Shown: positions 60,826 to 64,000 of the stretch, in pieces
How positions within the stretch are numbered: the first letter of the stretch is position 1
Layout of the letters: each line of letters opens with the position of its first letter
Assembly (NCBI RefSeq): GCF_018350175.1
Contig: NC_058373.1
Coordinates: 102,116,001-102,180,000 of the forward strand
Direction: 5' to 3'
Length of the DNA: 64,000 nt
Source: Felis catus
Lineage: Eukaryota
Made by a program: the position numbers and the translations under genes
Notes under the pieces: generated by a model
Seen by the model: only the letters and a program-made list of their open reading frames with translations
What the model was told of the DNA's origin: nothing
Databases searched by the model: none

Positions 60826-62829
60826 CTGTGGAGGAAACACAGTCATTAAAAGGTCACCCAATTTCAGCCTTATTAATTTTTTTAGAATACTACTTTATCT
60901 TTTTTTCCAATAAAATCAAGGTGTTAATCAATGTTTTCTTATTTTACATACCTAAACTTCAATAACGAGGACTGCTAATCTCCTATTCTATAAAATGAAA
61001 GGTGAATTTAATGTTCCCTACAGTTCCTCCCTGGCATAAAATTCTTTGTAACAATGTAAGAAAGAGGAGTGTGTAATCTAACAACAGGGACTAGGTCAAC
61101 CTTGCTCACCATTGTGCCCCTGGCACAAAGCAATCTCTGACAAATAGAAGCCTTGATAAATGTTTGTAAAATGAGTAAGTGGATGGATACAAGAACTCAA
61201 TTATCCAAAGCTGATTATTCAAATGGCTGTAACTCTCAAATCTTGTTTTAAACCTCTTGTTTCCTGGTGCTTTATTCATTTGGTATGTGTCCTATCTGTA
61301 GGTGTTGTGACACATACAAAAGGAAACAAAACACAAAAATAACATGGTCAATGGCAAAGAGAAGCCATATAAAGAACTATAGAGGTTCAGAAGAAAAGGA
61401 TTAATTCCCACCTGGAAAACCAGAGGGATTCAAAAGAAAGAAGACACTGGGAAGTCAAAGGGCAAGTAGGGCAAGTAGAATTAGATATGCTGAGATTGGT
61501 GAAAAGAGCAGCTCCAAACAGAGGAAACCGCATGAACAAAAACACGATGTTAGTAAAGAATGGGGAGTTTACTTAGCAGACAGTACAGGAAATTGAGAAA
61601 AAAAATGTAGATTGGGGGTCATCCTATTCACAATGATCTTAATGCCAGAGTAAGGAGCTTGGACTCCCTTCTATAGGAAGTAAATAGGAGGACCGTTAGT
61701 CTGTTTGCCCAGGACTTTCCTGATTTATGCATCCTGCTAGTTTGTAATCTGTCCTCGATTTTTCACTTTAAAACATATTAGTATCAGCACACCTGGCTGA
61801 CTCAGAAGAGCACGTGACTCTTGATCTCGGGGCTGAGCATTAGAGCCCCATGTTGGGTGTAGAGATTACCGAGGAAATGTATAAACTTTAAAAAATAAAT
61901 AAATAAAATGTAGTATCTTAAAAAAAATATATTAGTATTACATGCATCCAAATTTGTTGGGTGGGTTTGACAGACCTCTTCTTTGCACTTCCAGCTTCTG
62001 CCATGGTCTTGTTTAGTAGTGTAACATGTACAACGAACAGAGTTCTCACTTTATCACATAGGTAAATCTGAAAGGCAACCAGTGACAACCCAACTCCCCA
62101 TTCCAATCCTTTCTTTATGCAACATAATACCACCCTTCACAGACAACAGGTGTTAACAGTTGGTTCACTTTGATTAAAACCAAAGTGAAAACAGTCAGGA
62201 GGCCCTAGAGAGAACGATTTCTTTCAGTCTTCAATGGTGATGGGATAAGTATTTCATATTGCTGCCCCTACTAACTATTTGGTGCAACCAGCTAGCCAGC
62301 AAAGGAGATGTAGAAAGTTACAGGTGTCAGTTGGTGGTACCATTAGAATATTAGAGTGAAATGTGGTGGAATTAATGAGAAATATATGCAAAAAATAGCT
62401 CAACAGTCCCCTGAAGAACTTTTAGAGTAGTCTGAATATTCTTCTGACACTGTTTTTGTCACTTACTATAGGAATAAAACATTCATTTTATTATTGATTA
62501 TGCCTTTTAATAAAACACCTTTCAGTAGCAACAAACTAAAAAAAAAAGATATCAAGTACACGTTTAACAAAATATTAAACACTAAATTTCTGCTTCTCAA
62601 GAAGCTGATAATAAAAATGTTAACATGAACAAAATGTTAGTGGACATTTGCTACAGGGGCTGTTGTGATAATACCAAACACAGGAAAGACAGAAGACACA
62701 GAACTCCTGAAGAAACTTGAGCATCTACTTTGTAAGCTAGTAGTTATCTTGAAACTTCCTGAAAACCATGTTTCTGCAGCTGCAGAAAGTGAGTTGGCAT
62801 CTTGTCAGGCATGACTTTTCATAATAATT

Positions 62830-63012
62830 CAGTACTGTCCAATAGAACTTGCTGAGAGGACGGAAATTGTTTGGCTCCTGAGCAATTAAAATGTGGTTTC
62901 AAATGTGGCTAGTGTGACTTGAGGACCTGAATGTTAAATTTAGTTAACTTTAATTAATTCAAATCTAAATAGCCACATGTGGCTAGGCTATTGTACTGAA
63001 CAGCTCAGCACT
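62830..63012. mobile_element. MER3/MER33-like hAT MITE
   Basis: cagtactgtccaatagaact...aaatagccacatgtggcta...tgaacagctcag. Confidence 0.7.
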
Positions 63013-63939
63013 AGAACAAACAACAGTGGTTCTAAATTAATTTTGTTCATTTTTCATTTTTTCTAGTGCAAGTAGGGAGTAAAGTTATAGCTGTTAATAT
63101 GCAGTCACCATTAGTAAGAGAACTTTTCGGCGCGCCTGGGTGGCTCAGTCGGTTAAGCGTCCAACTTCAGCTCAGGTCATGATCTCGCAGTCCGTGAGTT
63201 CGAGCCCCACATCAGGCTCTGTACTGACAGCTCAGAGCCTGGAGCCTGCTTTGGACTCTGTGTCTCCCTCTCTCTCTGACCCTCCCCTGCTCATGCTCTG
63301 TCTCTCACTCTCAAAAATGAATAAATGTTAAAAAAAAAAACCTTTTTTTTTTTTTAAAAAAACTTTTCAAACAGTTAAATGATACTGGTTTTATTACAAT
63401 GTCATTACAACGTTTAAATAGAAAATCAGTCAGATTGATTCCAATAATGGTTTAGTTTTCTCTCCAGTTCACAGAAACAAAGTAAAGCTTCTGAAAGTTT
63501 ATTCTGTGGAAGTAAAACATCTAACATTATTGGGAATTCTAACATCATTTGCAAAGTTTAATGCTAAAGATAAAATTCTTAATTTTCACAGTAATACCCA
63601 TTTTGGTAGAGCACAGCACTGTGGTAAAAACAAAGCACTTACTAAATTAAGAAATCTATGAAACACAAATGTACTTGGAATTGAAACTATAATTCATAAC
63701 CAAATGAACTATAGAAATGTATGAATCAAAACAGAAGCCACAGTAGTTGAATTTTGAGATAATTTAGTTTATACCCACAATGACTGAACAAAATTTTCAA
63801 AACAAGCTGATATTAGATACACGAAAATACTTCAGCATTGCATGAGATGGTTTCTCTCCTGCCCATCAATTAGATTTTTAAAATATATGAGTCTTTGAAG
63901 AATGACTTTATAAAACCTCAGTGTCCTATAATGATGGTG

Positions 63940-63977
63940 TTATTATCATCATCATCACCACCACCACCACCACCACT
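63940..63977 (+). repeat. (ATC)n(ACC)n trinucleotide microsatellite
   Basis: attatcatcatcatcaccaccaccaccaccaccact. Confidence 0.9.
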
Positions 63978-64000
63978 ATTGGAAACACGTTCCCTAAGTC

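Larger units (their letters stand above)
4717..63340. repeat. About 40 further dispersed SINEC copies. Plus strand e.g. 6102, 7462, 12628, 14936, 23332, 29387, 32389, 36481, 46366, 50649, 53399, 59637, 63129; minus strand e.g. 4717, 7038, 7920, 8970, 9885, 18986, 24410, 26527, 27494, 28034, 38434, 38693, 41182, 42752, 46113, 53735, 54739, 54976, 60310
   Basis: Each has a tRNA-like A/B-box head, CT tract and A tail; start coordinates are approximate. Confidence 0.85.

Noticed and set aside
1581..63331. Dozens of similar 60-100 aa ORFs ([28 protein letters not shown]...) that look like a peptide family or array
   Set aside because: They are translations of dispersed SINEC copies. There is no regular spacing, no repeat-spacer structure and no splice support, so this is neither a gene family nor CRISPR.
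60826..64000. WDHD1 start exon or promoter
   Set aside because: No ATG exon encoding the expected N-terminus and no CpG island were found; they must lie beyond the window.

Overview
Mammalian genomic DNA from a felid. About 65 carnivore tRNA-derived SINEs are present (counted by eye), and the youngest match the cat-type SINEC_Fc. The window holds most of WDHD1 (AND-1/CTF4, the replisome hub protein with WD40, SepB and HMG-box domains) on the minus strand. I traced 24 coding exons by hand, equivalent to exons 3-26 of the 26-exon human gene. They run from 60825 down to the TAG stop at 3449-3451, total 3310 coding nt, and every splice phase is consistent. The ATG exon and promoter lie beyond the right edge. 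Introns are filled with SINEs, L1 and L2 fragments, old DNA transposons and two LTR remnants. Almost all ORFs in the supplied track are SINE or L1 artefacts or intron read-throughs. I found no new multi-gene system. The best oddities are a GC-AG intron, a twin-primed 5'-inverted L1, a ~70-bp copy of flanking DNA pasted into an L1 3'UTR, two SINE-in-SINE insertions at the same internal site, a spacer-less inverted SINE pair, and a young SINE beside a splice donor. Repeat family names come from recalled consensus motifs, not from a database search.
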